A stretch of DNA of 64,000 bases, taken from NCBI GenBank assembly GCA_963666485.2, contig CAXXUO010000002.1, positions 480,001 through 544,000 on the forward strand, written 5' to 3'. The notes under the pieces were generated by a model. The model worked only from the letters and a program-made list of their open reading frames with translations, was not told the origin of the DNA and ran no database searches. This stretch comes from Syntrophorhabdaceae bacterium (GTDB lineage: Bacteria > Desulfobacterota > Syntrophorhabdia > Syntrophorhabdales > Syntrophorhabdaceae). Below, piece after piece: positions 1 to 9,145 of this stretch. The stretch's first letter is position 1. The number at the start of each line of letters is the position of its first letter. The translations under genes were made by a program, and so were the position numbers.

Positions 1-321
1 GAGCCACACCGGGGAACCGTCTTTCCGGACGATCCTGTATGGTTTGTGGATAAACCTGTATGCACCCTTTTTGGTTGCGGTTGCGACTTCCCGCTCGACA
101 CGACGCCTGTCCTCCGGGTGAAGGATATCCGCGTAAAGAACGGCGCCCGATAAGAAATCTTCCGGTGAAAATCCAAAGACTTCCTCTACGTTTGGCGAGA
201 CATATTCAACAGGCCAGCCCGGTCCGTTGAACCATTTAAAAACAACGACCGGGCCCGAAAGAAAGATATGCCATATTTTCTGTTCGAAATTTTCAGTCTT
301 TACACGGGCGGAACGCCTCAT
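1..321 (-). CDS. PAS (PAS_3-like) domain signalling protein, N-terminal part; runs off the window edge
   Basis: Manual translation from ATG at 321 (GGGGAG RBS upstream): MRRSARVK...SGPVVVFKWFNGPGWPVEYVSPNVEEVFGFSPEDF...ILHPEDRRRV...YRIVRKDGSPVWL, with typical PAS motifs (YVSP, HPED, YRI.RKDG..W). Not in the ORF track. Confidence 0.85.
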   Translation of the reverse strand, partial: MRRSARVKTENFEQKIWHIFLSGPVVVFKWFNGPGWPVEYVSPNVEEVFGFSPEDFLSGAVLYADILHPEDRRRVEREVATATKKGAYRFIHKPYRIVRKDGSPVWL

Positions 322-430
322 GATCTCCCCCTGACGGACACCTAATAAAACATTATCTGAATAGTACAGGATTATGCAACCAAAATAAGATTCGGGATAT
401 CGATGCCGGCATGGTCGATATAGAATTTAA

Positions 431-507
<77 letters not shown>

Positions 508-624
508 TTGAGAAGGGTTACATTATACCATAGAAAGCAACCAGGCCAAGAATTTTTGCGAAAAAACCGTGCACGCCGCGCTTCCTTTTGGGCCCTGCAC
601 GTGATATCCTTGAAAAACCACATC

Positions 625-2589
625 ATGAAAATAAAACGACGGCATGGCACGTATTTTATCGGAATCGGCGTCACCATTATATTCATCGTGCTTGCCCTTA
701 TAAGATTCCTGCCATTTGAGCGCCTCGAATTGCTTCTTTACGATGTGCGCTACCAGCTTCGGGGTAAATCCCCGGCGCCCGCAGAAATTGTCATTGTCGG
801 GATCGATGACCGGAGCCTGCAAGCTATAGGAAGATGGCCCTGGGACCGGGACAAGATGGCCGATCTCGTAACCCGGGTAAATTCGCTGGGGGCGCGGGTC
901 ATCATGCTCGATCTCATTTTCAGCGAACCATCCCCCCATGATGCCAACCTGGCAAAGGCCGTTAAACAGAAAGGAAACGTCGTCCTGCCTTTCGTTTTCG
1001 ATTTCGAGGGAAATCCGTCTTCGCGCATGGACGATGCCTTTCTCGACAATGCCTTCCTTGTGGTCAAGAATGAGAACCTTTTCAACATACACAGGCCTAT
1101 AAAAGCCAAAGGCGTCCTTCTGCCGATTCCCGCATTTGGGCAAGGCGCCGGGGCAATGGGATACATCAATATGCTCCCCGATGCGGATGGGAAGCTTCGG
1201 TGGGAACCTCTCGCCATAGAATACGAAGGCCAGCTTTATCCCTCCATGGATCTGCAGGTCGCCCGGATGTATAAAGGGATCTCCCCGGCAGAAATGAGCA
1301 TTAACGCCACCGATTCGGTCACTTTAGGAAAGTCCGTTCTGAAGACCGACCCGTTCGGAAAGATGCTTATTCCCTATTACGGTCCTCACGATACATTTCC
1401 CATCATCTCCGCCCTCGACATATTTGAAGGAAAAGTCGATCCCGGATCGATCCGTGACAAGATCGTACTCATCGGCCCGACGGCGGTCGGGATACACGAC
1501 AAGATCGTGAGCCCCTCTTCGGCCCTCATGTACGGCGTGGAAAAACATGCACACATGATCGGCGCTATCCTGCACGGGCAAAATATCCGGTTCGTCGGCC
1601 GGCTGATGAATATCATGGTCATCCTTCTTGTCGGAATTATCTTCACGTTGTTCATGGTTAACCTGCGGGCCGTCACGGGCGCCGCCATGGCGGCTGTCTT
1701 CATAATCGTTCTTTTTACCACCGGGTATATCCTGTTCTTCATATCGCGGCTCTGGATAGATATCAGCTATGCGGGCAATGCGGTCATTCTCATATATTTC
1801 GTGGCGACTGCCTACCGGTACGCAACGGAAGAGCGCTACGCCCGGCAGATACGGAGCATGTTCTCGAGTTATGTCACGGAAAAGATAGTCAACGAACTCA
1901 TCAAGAACCCGGACCTCGCCAAGCTCGGTGGTGAAAAACGGGAAGTGACGGTGCTCTTTTCCGACGTCAAGGGGTTTACAAACTTCTCGGAGCATCATTC
2001 CCCGGAACAGGTCGTCGCCATCCTCAATGAATACCTGACGGAAATGACGAACATCATCATCCGCTGGGACGGCACGCTCGATAAATTCGTCGGGGACATG
2101 ATCGTTGCCTTCTGGGGCGCACCCCTTAACCAGCCTGACCATGCCGAACTGGCTATAAAATGTACCTTGCATATGAAACAGCGGCTTGCCCAATTGCGGG
2201 AGAACTGGATGAAGCAGGGGCGAGTCCCTCTCGATGCAGGCTTCGGGATCAATACCGGCGAGGTACTCGTGGGAAACATCGGTGCCGAAGGAAAAAAAAT
2301 GGACTACACTGTCATCGGGGACAACGTGAACCTCGGTTCACGCGTGGAAGGATTGACCCGTAAATACGGCTGCGACCTGATTATCACGGAGGGTACGCTC
2401 AACAAGATCCGGACGCAGCTCGAAGAAAACAAATTTGGCCACATGCTTGTGCGCGGCCTCGATATTGTCGCGGTGAAGGGGAAAGCGGAACCGGTCCGCA
2501 TCTACGAGGTGTCCTCCCTGGACGAGGGGAGCAGCTGCCAGATAATAGAATGTGAAGAGAAAGAGGCCACAGTCTTTAAAGAAAAATAG
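625..2589 (+). CDS. CHASE2-domain class III adenylate/guanylate cyclase (membrane-bound)
   Basis: N-terminal TM; CHASE2 motifs (IVIVGIDDRSLQAIGRWPWDR, PDADGKLR, DKIVLIG, GVEKHA); three TMs; cyclase motifs VLFSDVKGFT, DKFVGD, GINTG, YTVIGDNVNLGSRVEG, VKGK. The upstream ORF extension overlaps the tRNA, so the start is set at ATG 625. Confidence 0.93.
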   Translation: MKIKRRHGTYFIGIGVTIIFIVLALIRFLPFERLELLLYDVRYQLRGKSPAPAEIVIVGIDDRSLQAIGRWPWDRDKMADLVTRVNSLGARVIMLDLIFSEPSPHDANLAKAVKQKGNVVLPFVFDFEGNPSSRMDDAFLDNAFLVVKNENLFNIHRPIKAKGVLLPIPAFGQGAGAMGYINMLPDADGKLRWEPLAIEYEGQLYPSMDLQVARMYKGISPAEMSINATDSVTLGKSVLKTDPFGKMLIPYYGPHDTFPIISALDIFEGKVDPGSIRDKIVLIGPTAVGIHDKIVSPSSALMYGVEKHAHMIGAILHGQNIRFVGRLMNIMVILLVGIIFTLFMVNLRAVTGAAMAAVFIIVLFTTGYILFFISRLWIDISYAGNAVILIYFVATAYRYATEERYARQIRSMFSSYVTEKIVNELIKNPDLAKLGGEKREVTVLFSDVKGFTNFSEHHSPEQVVAILNEYLTEMTNIIIRWDGTLDKFVGDMIVAFWGAPLNQPDHAELAIKCTLHMKQRLAQLRENWMKQGRVPLDAGFGINTGEVLVGNIGAEGKKMDYTVIGDNVNLGSRVEGLTRKYGCDLIITEGTLNKIRTQLEENKFGHMLVRGLDIVAVKGKAEPVRIYEVSSLDEGSSCQIIECEEKEATVFKEK

Positions 2590-2612
2590 ATCCCCGAAAA
2601 TCTACCTGTATT

Positions 2613-4238
2613 TCAGAACCGGGTCCCGGGTGCATACGCCTTGCCGGACGCTGTGCCATTAAGGGTGGAACCTGATGTGTATGTACCGTTGGCTTTACCG
2701 TCAAAAGCAGTTTGCAGCTGATTATATGGCGGAGACCCCATTTTTCCGGCGGGTACGTTGCCGTTCAACACTGTGCCGGTCCATTGCACACCATTACAAG
2801 AATCGAACCTGAAGGTGGCGGTCGACCCTACAGGAGAAGAAGATGTCATCGCATACGTGCTCCCGGCTGCGGATGACGGGACTATCCCGCCAACCCGCGC
2901 AGTCCAGGAATAAGGGGCCGCGCCGGCACCGGTCCCCCAGAATCTGATCTGACTGAGGGTTAAGCTGTACGGACTCCCCATCCAGTAGATGCTCGATATG
3001 GCGCCTACCTGGATCGTTTGCGTCACGACCGGGTCCTGTGTGAGGGTGCTCGGCACGACGCCTGATGCAGTTCCGTTGATACTCCCTGTTCCTGCGACAA
3101 CACCGCCGAACGTGCCCGAAGCCGTCCCGCTGAATGAAAAAGCCTGTTTGTAACCTCCAACGCCTGTAGGAGCCGAACCGTTGGAAATGGTCGCGTTCCA
3201 TGTACCGCTATATTCACCGGTGTCGGAGCCGCCATTAACATTGACAAAAGCCGACGTGCCGTTTCCGCTCGCAATGAAAGCGAATCCATTACGCGTTCCG
3301 CCGTGGAAATTCCAGTAATTGCCCGTGACGGAATCCGCCTGCCAGATCGTCGGCTGACCGGTCATGCTGGGACCGTAGAATTTGACATTGTTAATGGATA
3401 CTGTGATACCCGTTTCAGAATTCCCGATCCCGCCCGTCATATACGGGACACTCCCCACGAAGACGTTCGGAATCGTCGTCAATATCGTCGGGGGAGGCGT
3501 GGTGGTGAATGTCTCGCTTATGGGATTCGCCATGGCCGTCTGGACCACGATATTGTTCGGCCCTGCGACGCTCGTACCCGGGCCGGTGCCGGGTGCAGGA
3601 CCACCTGACCCTCCGACGTACGATACATTGCCGGGGACGGGGCGCGAGGGCATACCGCCAAAACCGACAACGAAGGAGACGAAACCGGCGCTGACATTCT
3701 GTACGATCCCCGGCTGGTTCGGGTTATAGAAGTAACCACGTCCTGTCGAGAAGAAAAGGCCTGTTATCATCTGGGCAAAGCCCACGGTCATCCCGGAGCC
3801 GCGGATGCCGGCGACGGCATTGGGTGTATGGACCTCGAACTTGTTCCCTTCCGCGAAGGACGATACCTTTTTGACGAATTCCTGGCTCGATACTGCCTCG
3901 ACCTTGCCCCGGTCCATCTTCATGACCTGGTTGCTCCGGGTCCCGTCATCGGAATACTGACTTATCTGGATGCGGGTTGCCGGGTGTATCCTGAGGATGT
4001 TCTTGTTGAAGAACGTTATTTCAGCCCGTGAGTTCGTCTTGGCACGGAAGATGTCCCCGACGTCGACGTTGTCCCCGGGGGACACGTTGCCGACCGTGCT
4101 CTGCCCGGCTTTCAGGACATCGACCCTGCCTTCGAGCTTCGTGATCTTTCCGACGGGGGCGGCATTAACGAGGATAGGCAGGAGGAATAGAAGAAAGGCC
4201 AGAAATAAAATTGCTCTTACATTTAATGTTTGCAACAT
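2613..4238 (-). CDS. Secreted FecR-domain protein with two C-terminal beta-rich repeats (paralog 1)
   Basis: Signal peptide (VNA/APVGK), FecR motifs (GD.FRAKTNSRAEITF, FEVHTPNAVAGIRG), Pro/Thr linker, two Gly/Thr/Ser-rich repeats ending GTASG; GAGGAGG RBS. Confidence 0.85.
   Translation of the reverse strand: MLQTLNVRAILFLAFLLFLLPILVNAAPVGKITKLEGRVDVLKAGQSTVGNVSPGDNVDVGDIFRAKTNSRAEITFFNKNILRIHPATRIQISQYSDDGTRSNQVMKMDRGKVEAVSSQEFVKKVSSFAEGNKFEVHTPNAVAGIRGSGMTVGFAQMITGLFFSTGRGYFYNPNQPGIVQNVSAGFVSFVVGFGGMPSRPVPGNVSYVGGSGGPAPGTGPGTSVAGPNNIVVQTAMANPISETFTTTPPPTILTTIPNVFVGSVPYMTGGIGNSETGITVSINNVKFYGPSMTGQPTIWQADSVTGNYWNFHGGTRNGFAFIASGNGTSAFVNVNGGSDTGEYSGTWNATISNGSAPTGVGGYKQAFSFSGTASGTFGGVVAGTGSINGTASGVVPSTLTQDPVVTQTIQVGAISSIYWMGSPYSLTLSQIRFWGTGAGAAPYSWTARVGGIVPSSAAGSTYAMTSSSPVGSTATFRFDSCNGVQWTGTVLNGNVPAGKMGSPPYNQLQTAFDGKANGTYTSGSTLNGTASGKAYAPGTRF
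3438..4164. repeat. 727-bp direct repeat, copy A (constant FecR cassette of paralog 1)
   Basis: Matches 6584-7310 at offset 3146 with no difference seen by eye; the ORF track also reports identical shadow ORFs in both copies. Confidence 0.9.
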
Positions 4239-4349
4239 TTTTCAGCCTCCTCATACAGACTTTTCTTCGCCAAAAATACGGCCCATGTCACGAACCAACG
4301 ACTTTATTGTCCTTATATATTTTTATCGTAACACGATTTATCGTTTTTG

Positions 4350-5534
4350 TTAAGGGTATGCTTTTCCCGAGGCTGTACCCGTACTAATACTGCGGCTGCC
4401 GCTTACCGTATACGTACCCGAGGCCTGTCCGTCGAACCTCGTCGCTGTCTGGTTATAAGGAAGAGCCCCCATTCCGCCGGCGGGCACATATCCATTCGTC
4501 ACTGAATTGGTCCACGATCCGGTGGTGGGTGTTATGGCAGTTGAGGAAGTCATCGTAAGAGTAGCGGTTGTCCTTGGACTCCCGCCTGACACGGGTGCAG
4601 GTACATGGGGACTTCCGGTAGCCCTATCCCCATAAATCAGCGCGGACCATGCATAGGGTAATCCATTCACGCTCGATCCCCAGAATTTTATATCGTACAT
4701 CTTGACATAGTTATAATACGGTGAACCGCCTGTTACACTGATTTGCGATACATAGCCCACCAAGACATTCGGCGTCGCGGGGGGCGGTGTGGTGGTTAAT
4801 GTCTGGTTTATGGGATTTGCTATGGCCGTCTGGACGACGATATTATTCGGCCCGGCTACGGTCATTGTGCCAGTACCGGTGCCGGGTGCAGGGCCTCCTC
4901 CTGGCCCGGCGACATACGACACGTTGCCGGGAACGGGGCGTGATGGCAGTCCGCCTGTACCGATAATAAAGGAGACAAAGCCGGCACTGATATTCTGTAC
5001 GATCCCCGGCTGGTTCGGGTTGTAAAGGTAACCCCGCCCTGTTGAAAAGAAGACGCCTGTCGCCATGTTTGCGAAAGCAACGGTCATGCCGGAACCACGG
5101 ATACCTACCGCTGCATTGGGTGTATGGACCTCGAACTTGTTCCCTTCTGCGAAGGACGATACCTTTTTGACGAATTCCTGGCTCGATACCGCCTCGACCT
5201 TGCCCCGGTCCATCTTCATGACCTGGTCGCTCCGGGTCCCGTCATCGGAATACTGACTTATCTGGATACGGGTTGCCGGGTGTATCCTGAGGATGTTCTT
5301 GTTGAAGAACGTTATTTCAGCCCGTGAGTTCGTCTTGGCACGGAAGATGTCCCCGACGTCGACGTTGTCCCCGGGGGACACGTTGCCGACCGTGCTCTGC
5401 CCGGCTTTCAGGACATCGACCCTGCCTTCGAGCTTCGTGATCTTTCCGACGGGGGCGGCATTAACGAGGATAGGCAGGAGGAATAAAAAAAAGATCAGGA
5501 AGCCAACAAATCTCAAAGTGAACCTTTGCAACAT
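4350..5534 (-). CDS. Secreted FecR-domain protein with one C-terminal beta-rich repeat (paralog 2)
   Basis: Same N-terminal FecR module, a divergent linker and a single C-terminal repeat ending GTASGKAYP. Confidence 0.85.
   Translation of the reverse strand: MLQRFTLRFVGFLIFFLFLLPILVNAAPVGKITKLEGRVDVLKAGQSTVGNVSPGDNVDVGDIFRAKTNSRAEITFFNKNILRIHPATRIQISQYSDDGTRSDQVMKMDRGKVEAVSSQEFVKKVSSFAEGNKFEVHTPNAAVGIRGSGMTVAFANMATGVFFSTGRGYLYNPNQPGIVQNISAGFVSFIIGTGGLPSRPVPGNVSYVAGPGGGPAPGTGTGTMTVAGPNNIVVQTAIANPINQTLTTTPPPATPNVLVGYVSQISVTGGSPYYNYVKMYDIKFWGSSVNGLPYAWSALIYGDRATGSPHVPAPVSGGSPRTTATLTMTSSTAITPTTGSWTNSVTNGYVPAGGMGALPYNQTATRFDGQASGTYTVSGSRSISTGTASGKAYP
5113..5485. repeat. Partial third copy of the FecR cassette (373 bp, paralog 2)
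   Basis: Matches 3817-4189 at offset 1296 with 4 substitutions seen. Confidence 0.85.
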
Positions 5535-5764
5535 TCTTTCTCCTTATTTTTCCCTGTTCAAAGGACGGTTATTTTTCAGATATTGCCCTGCGGGATGCCT
5601 GTTAGCACATTTTTCTATAAACCGCCGACATGGCTGGACCGCCACAAAAGACTCCCGCGTAGACCTTTTTGCAGCCGCAACGACGAGCAATGTGTGCGAA
5701 GTAGATCGAAGCCGGTTAGTGGGAGCCTCTTTTTCTTAAACTCGTGACCACCGGTTTTTTATAA

Positions 5765-7381
5765 TCAACGACCAGTACCCCCTGAAGCGGTACCCACAAT
5801 TGAGTTGTAACCACCACTCGTCGTATATGTACCCGCCGCCCTTCCATTAAACCTTGTTGCTGCCTGATTATTTGGGGTGGCACCCATTCCACCGGCGGGA
5901 ACTACGCCGTTGTTCACGTACGCCGTCCACGATCCGCCGCTCATCGAATTTAAATTCATCGTCGCGGTCGATGTCGGTGTCCCGCCTGACAGGTTATATG
6001 CTGTCGTGTAGCTTGACGTCGATCTGCTGCCATCCACCTTTCCGGTCCATGCGAAGGGTTGGGCACCGACGCTCGGTCCCCAGAATTTTACCTGGTACAG
6101 GGAGATAAAGTCATAATACGGGGGGCCGGACGAAGCGGACATACTTGCTATGGCGCCCACCTGTACGGCCTGGGTCACTATCGGGTCCTGTGTGAGGGTA
6201 CTCGGCACGACGCCTGATGAGATACCGGACAGCGACCCGGTATTAAGCCAGTTCGCGGCCCATGTCCCCGAGGCGGTCCCGCTGAATGTGAAAGGCTGCC
6301 TGTACTGCCCCACACCCGTCGGCGCGCTGCCGTTGGCGACCGTTGCCGTCCACGTCCCGCTATAATCCGTGTCGCTTCCCGTTGCCCGGACATATGCGGA
6401 CATGCCTCCTCCGGAAACCATAAAACCAAAACCCCCCGGAGTCGGCCCGGGGATATTATAAAATCTTCCCGTGACAGAATCGGCCTGCCATGTTGTCGGC
6501 TGACCGGTCATGCTGGGACCGTAGAATTTGACATTGTTAATGGATATATTCAAGCCGATATCGGCGTTGCCTACACCGCCCGACATATACGGGACACTCC
6601 CCACGAAGACGTTCGGAATCGTCGTCAATATCGTCGGGGGAGGCGTGGTGGTGAATGTCTCGCTTATGGGATTCGCCATGGCCGTCTGGACCACGATATT
6701 GTTCGGCCCTGCGACGCTCGTACCCGGGCCGGTGCCGGGTGCAGGACCACCTGACCCTCCGACGTACGATACATTGCCGGGGACGGGGCGCGAGGGCATA
6801 CCGCCAAAACCGACAACGAAGGAGACGAAACCGGCGCTGACATTCTGTACGATCCCCGGCTGGTTCGGGTTATAGAAGTAACCACGTCCTGTCGAGAAGA
6901 AAAGGCCTGTTATCATCTGGGCAAAGCCCACGGTCATCCCGGAGCCGCGGATGCCGGCGACGGCATTGGGTGTATGGACCTCGAACTTGTTCCCTTCCGC
7001 GAAGGACGATACCTTTTTGACGAATTCCTGGCTCGATACTGCCTCGACCTTGCCCCGGTCCATCTTCATGACCTGGTTGCTCCGGGTCCCGTCATCGGAA
7101 TACTGACTTATCTGGATGCGGGTTGCCGGGTGTATCCTGAGGATGTTCTTGTTGAAGAACGTTATTTCAGCCCGTGAGTTCGTCTTGGCACGGAAGATGT
7201 CCCCGACGTCGACGTTGTCCCCGGGGGACACGTTGCCGACCGTGCTCTGCCCGGCTTTCAGGACATCGACCCTGCCTTCGAGCTTCGTGATCTTTCCGAC
7301 GGGGGCGGCAAAGGCAAGATTTGCGAAAGTAAATAGAATTGCACACACCAGAAAGAGGTACTGCAAAATTATTCTTTTCAT
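5765..7381 (-). CDS. Secreted FecR-domain protein with two C-terminal beta-rich repeats (paralog 3)
   Basis: Signal peptide (AFA/APVGK); FecR module and linker identical to paralog 1; divergent C-terminal repeats; GAGGTG RBS. Confidence 0.85.
   Translation of the reverse strand: MKRIILQYLFLVCAILFTFANLAFAAPVGKITKLEGRVDVLKAGQSTVGNVSPGDNVDVGDIFRAKTNSRAEITFFNKNILRIHPATRIQISQYSDDGTRSNQVMKMDRGKVEAVSSQEFVKKVSSFAEGNKFEVHTPNAVAGIRGSGMTVGFAQMITGLFFSTGRGYFYNPNQPGIVQNVSAGFVSFVVGFGGMPSRPVPGNVSYVGGSGGPAPGTGPGTSVAGPNNIVVQTAMANPISETFTTTPPPTILTTIPNVFVGSVPYMSGGVGNADIGLNISINNVKFYGPSMTGQPTTWQADSVTGRFYNIPGPTPGGFGFMVSGGGMSAYVRATGSDTDYSGTWTATVANGSAPTGVGQYRQPFTFSGTASGTWAANWLNTGSLSGISSGVVPSTLTQDPIVTQAVQVGAIASMSASSGPPYYDFISLYQVKFWGPSVGAQPFAWTGKVDGSRSTSSYTTAYNLSGGTPTSTATMNLNSMSGGSWTAYVNNGVVPAGGMGATPNNQAATRFNGRAAGTYTTSGGYNSIVGTASGGTGR
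6584..7310. repeat. 727-bp direct repeat, copy B (constant FecR cassette of paralog 3)
   Basis: Identical by eye to 3438-4164. Confidence 0.9.
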
Positions 7382-7439
7382 CGCATCACCTCAAGACTAT
7401 AAATACGTTATTGCTTCACAAAGCCGCCTGTGCTTCGGT

Positions 7440-9029
7440 TTAAAACCGGTACTCAATACCCAGTCCATAGATTTCACGGGTATAATCGTATAAATCTATG
7501 TTCGATTTATTCCTCCAGTAATTATACTGCAGAACAAGATCGGTATTCTTGTAAATGCCGTAGAGAAGGGCAAAATTGAAGCTGTAAATCTCATCCCGTC
7601 TTGTATCGCCAAAATAGGTATTGTCGTACTTGTAATTTACGAAAGCCGCGTCCAGTGAACCCTGGGCCCTTAACGTGCCTATTATCGGGTATAGCGCATC
7701 GACACCGAACCGGTTTTCAGTATTCACCCAGTTGCGCCCTATCGTATCGTCCTGGGCATACAGGTATCTCAGGGTCACGAATGCTTTGCTGTCTTTGAAG
7801 GTATACGTCCAGCCAAGGCTCCCGGAATAACGGTTCCCGCTTCGGTCCTCACCGTCGGGAGGCTCCGGGTGCAGTTCGGTATCGAAGTATTTCTTACGCA
7901 TGTACCCGACGCTTACCTCGCCGTAACTGTTTGGCGTGGTAATGAACCTGAACGTCGGGGTTACAGATTTTGCTTCAAGATAACGCGTCTGGTTCCACCA
8001 GTTCAACTCCTGGTAAAACATGTTCCCTTTTACACCCTGGAGACTGACATAGGAATATGTAAGCGGTATACTGAATCCGAAGCGGTCCCATGAGTAGCCG
8101 GGAACAACGCTGAAGGTGTTCGTCATGTTGTTATACTCGGTCAAGTTGCCCCGCGACCCGTCGGCCCGGTTATACATCTTGCCGAGATACCGGTCGGTAT
8201 AGAACGAATAATATGCCGAAAGACTGAACGGTGTTTTGTAAGAAAATGGCGCGGTATAACCAATCCTGGCACCGAAATTAAGGGCGCTGTCCGCCTGCCC
8301 CGACATGAGGTCGGTCATGGGGCCGGCCCCTACAATCGGCACGTTCGTATCGTACTTGTATCCCGTACCGACAGCGAACCGCCAGACCTTTTCGCGTTCC
8401 GCCCTGTCGGCGACCTGTTTCTCGTAGTCCCGTGCGTATAATGCCGCGTCCGTCGCGGGATCGAGGTTGATCGTTGCGCGCAGGCGCGACTGGGCTTCCT
8501 TATATTTCCCCTGTTCCGTGTATATGCCGGCGATCTGAAGCTCGGCCTGCTGTGATAATTTAGGGTCAAGTTTTTTGGCCGTCTCAAACGACTGGATCGC
8601 CTCATCGGGCTTTTTTGCCTTGGCAAAAACCATGCCTTTCAGGAAATTGAAGCGGGCCGTATTTATTCCTCCCTTATCACCAACCTCGATCCACTTTTGA
8701 GCCTCTGCCAGGTTGCCCGTATGGTACAGGACATCGACGAGCTCAACGACGGCGTCATCGATGCGTGGAGTTAAGGTCGCGGCATCCCTGAAATAGGGAA
8801 TTGCCTCATTGTATTTTTCCATAACCTTATATGTGAGGCCGATCTGATAGGCTATCCGGGACGATGTCCTGTCCGCTTCTCTCGCTTTAAGGAAATACGC
8901 CAGGGCCTCTTCGTAATTCTCCTGTTGGAGTTCCTTGAGGCCCTCATCAAAGGCAGTCTGGGCGCGCAGGCAAGGAACCAGTGTAAACAGGAGAATAGCG
9001 GCCAGGGAAATCATGGCTATTTTTTTCAT
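7440..9029 (-). CDS. TPR-repeat outer-membrane beta-barrel protein (Slam/DUF560-like)
   Basis: Signal peptide; N-terminal TPRs (YEEALAYFLKA, YNEAIPYFRDA, YKEAQSRLRA); then amphipathic beta-strands starting at WRFAVGTGYKYDTNV; C-terminal BAM-type signature YGLGIEYRF. Confidence 0.8.
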   Translation of the reverse strand: MKKIAMISLAAILLFTLVPCLRAQTAFDEGLKELQQENYEEALAYFLKAREADRTSSRIAYQIGLTYKVMEKYNEAIPYFRDAATLTPRIDDAVVELVDVLYHTGNLAEAQKWIEVGDKGGINTARFNFLKGMVFAKAKKPDEAIQSFETAKKLDPKLSQQAELQIAGIYTEQGKYKEAQSRLRATINLDPATDAALYARDYEKQVADRAEREKVWRFAVGTGYKYDTNVPIVGAGPMTDLMSGQADSALNFGARIGYTAPFSYKTPFSLSAYYSFYTDRYLGKMYNRADGSRGNLTEYNNMTNTFSVVPGYSWDRFGFSIPLTYSYVSLQGVKGNMFYQELNWWNQTRYLEAKSVTPTFRFITTPNSYGEVSVGYMRKKYFDTELHPEPPDGEDRSGNRYSGSLGWTYTFKDSKAFVTLRYLYAQDDTIGRNWVNTENRFGVDALYPIIGTLRAQGSLDAAFVNYKYDNTYFGDTRRDEIYSFNFALLYGIYKNTDLVLQYNYWRNKSNIDLYDYTREIYGLGIEYRF

Positions 9030-9145
9030 GGAACCCCCGTTTAGCCAGTAAATTATTGTTGGTATTAAAAGCTTTTAACAAATCTTTACCTGGTTGGCAA
9101 GGGAAATAGTAGGGAAATCGCTGAAAAAAAACCGCAACGGGAAAT

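Noticed and set aside
5535..5764. Riboswitch (c-di-GMP/GEMM) or CRP box upstream of the FecR paralogs
   Set aside because: No convincing consensus match by eye here or in 4239-4349; an Rfam scan would be needed.
2613..7381. Diversity-generating retroelement or invertase shufflon behind the variable tips
   Set aside because: No reverse transcriptase, no template/variable repeat pair with adenine-specific differences, no recombinase, and all cassettes are complete genes in the same orientation.
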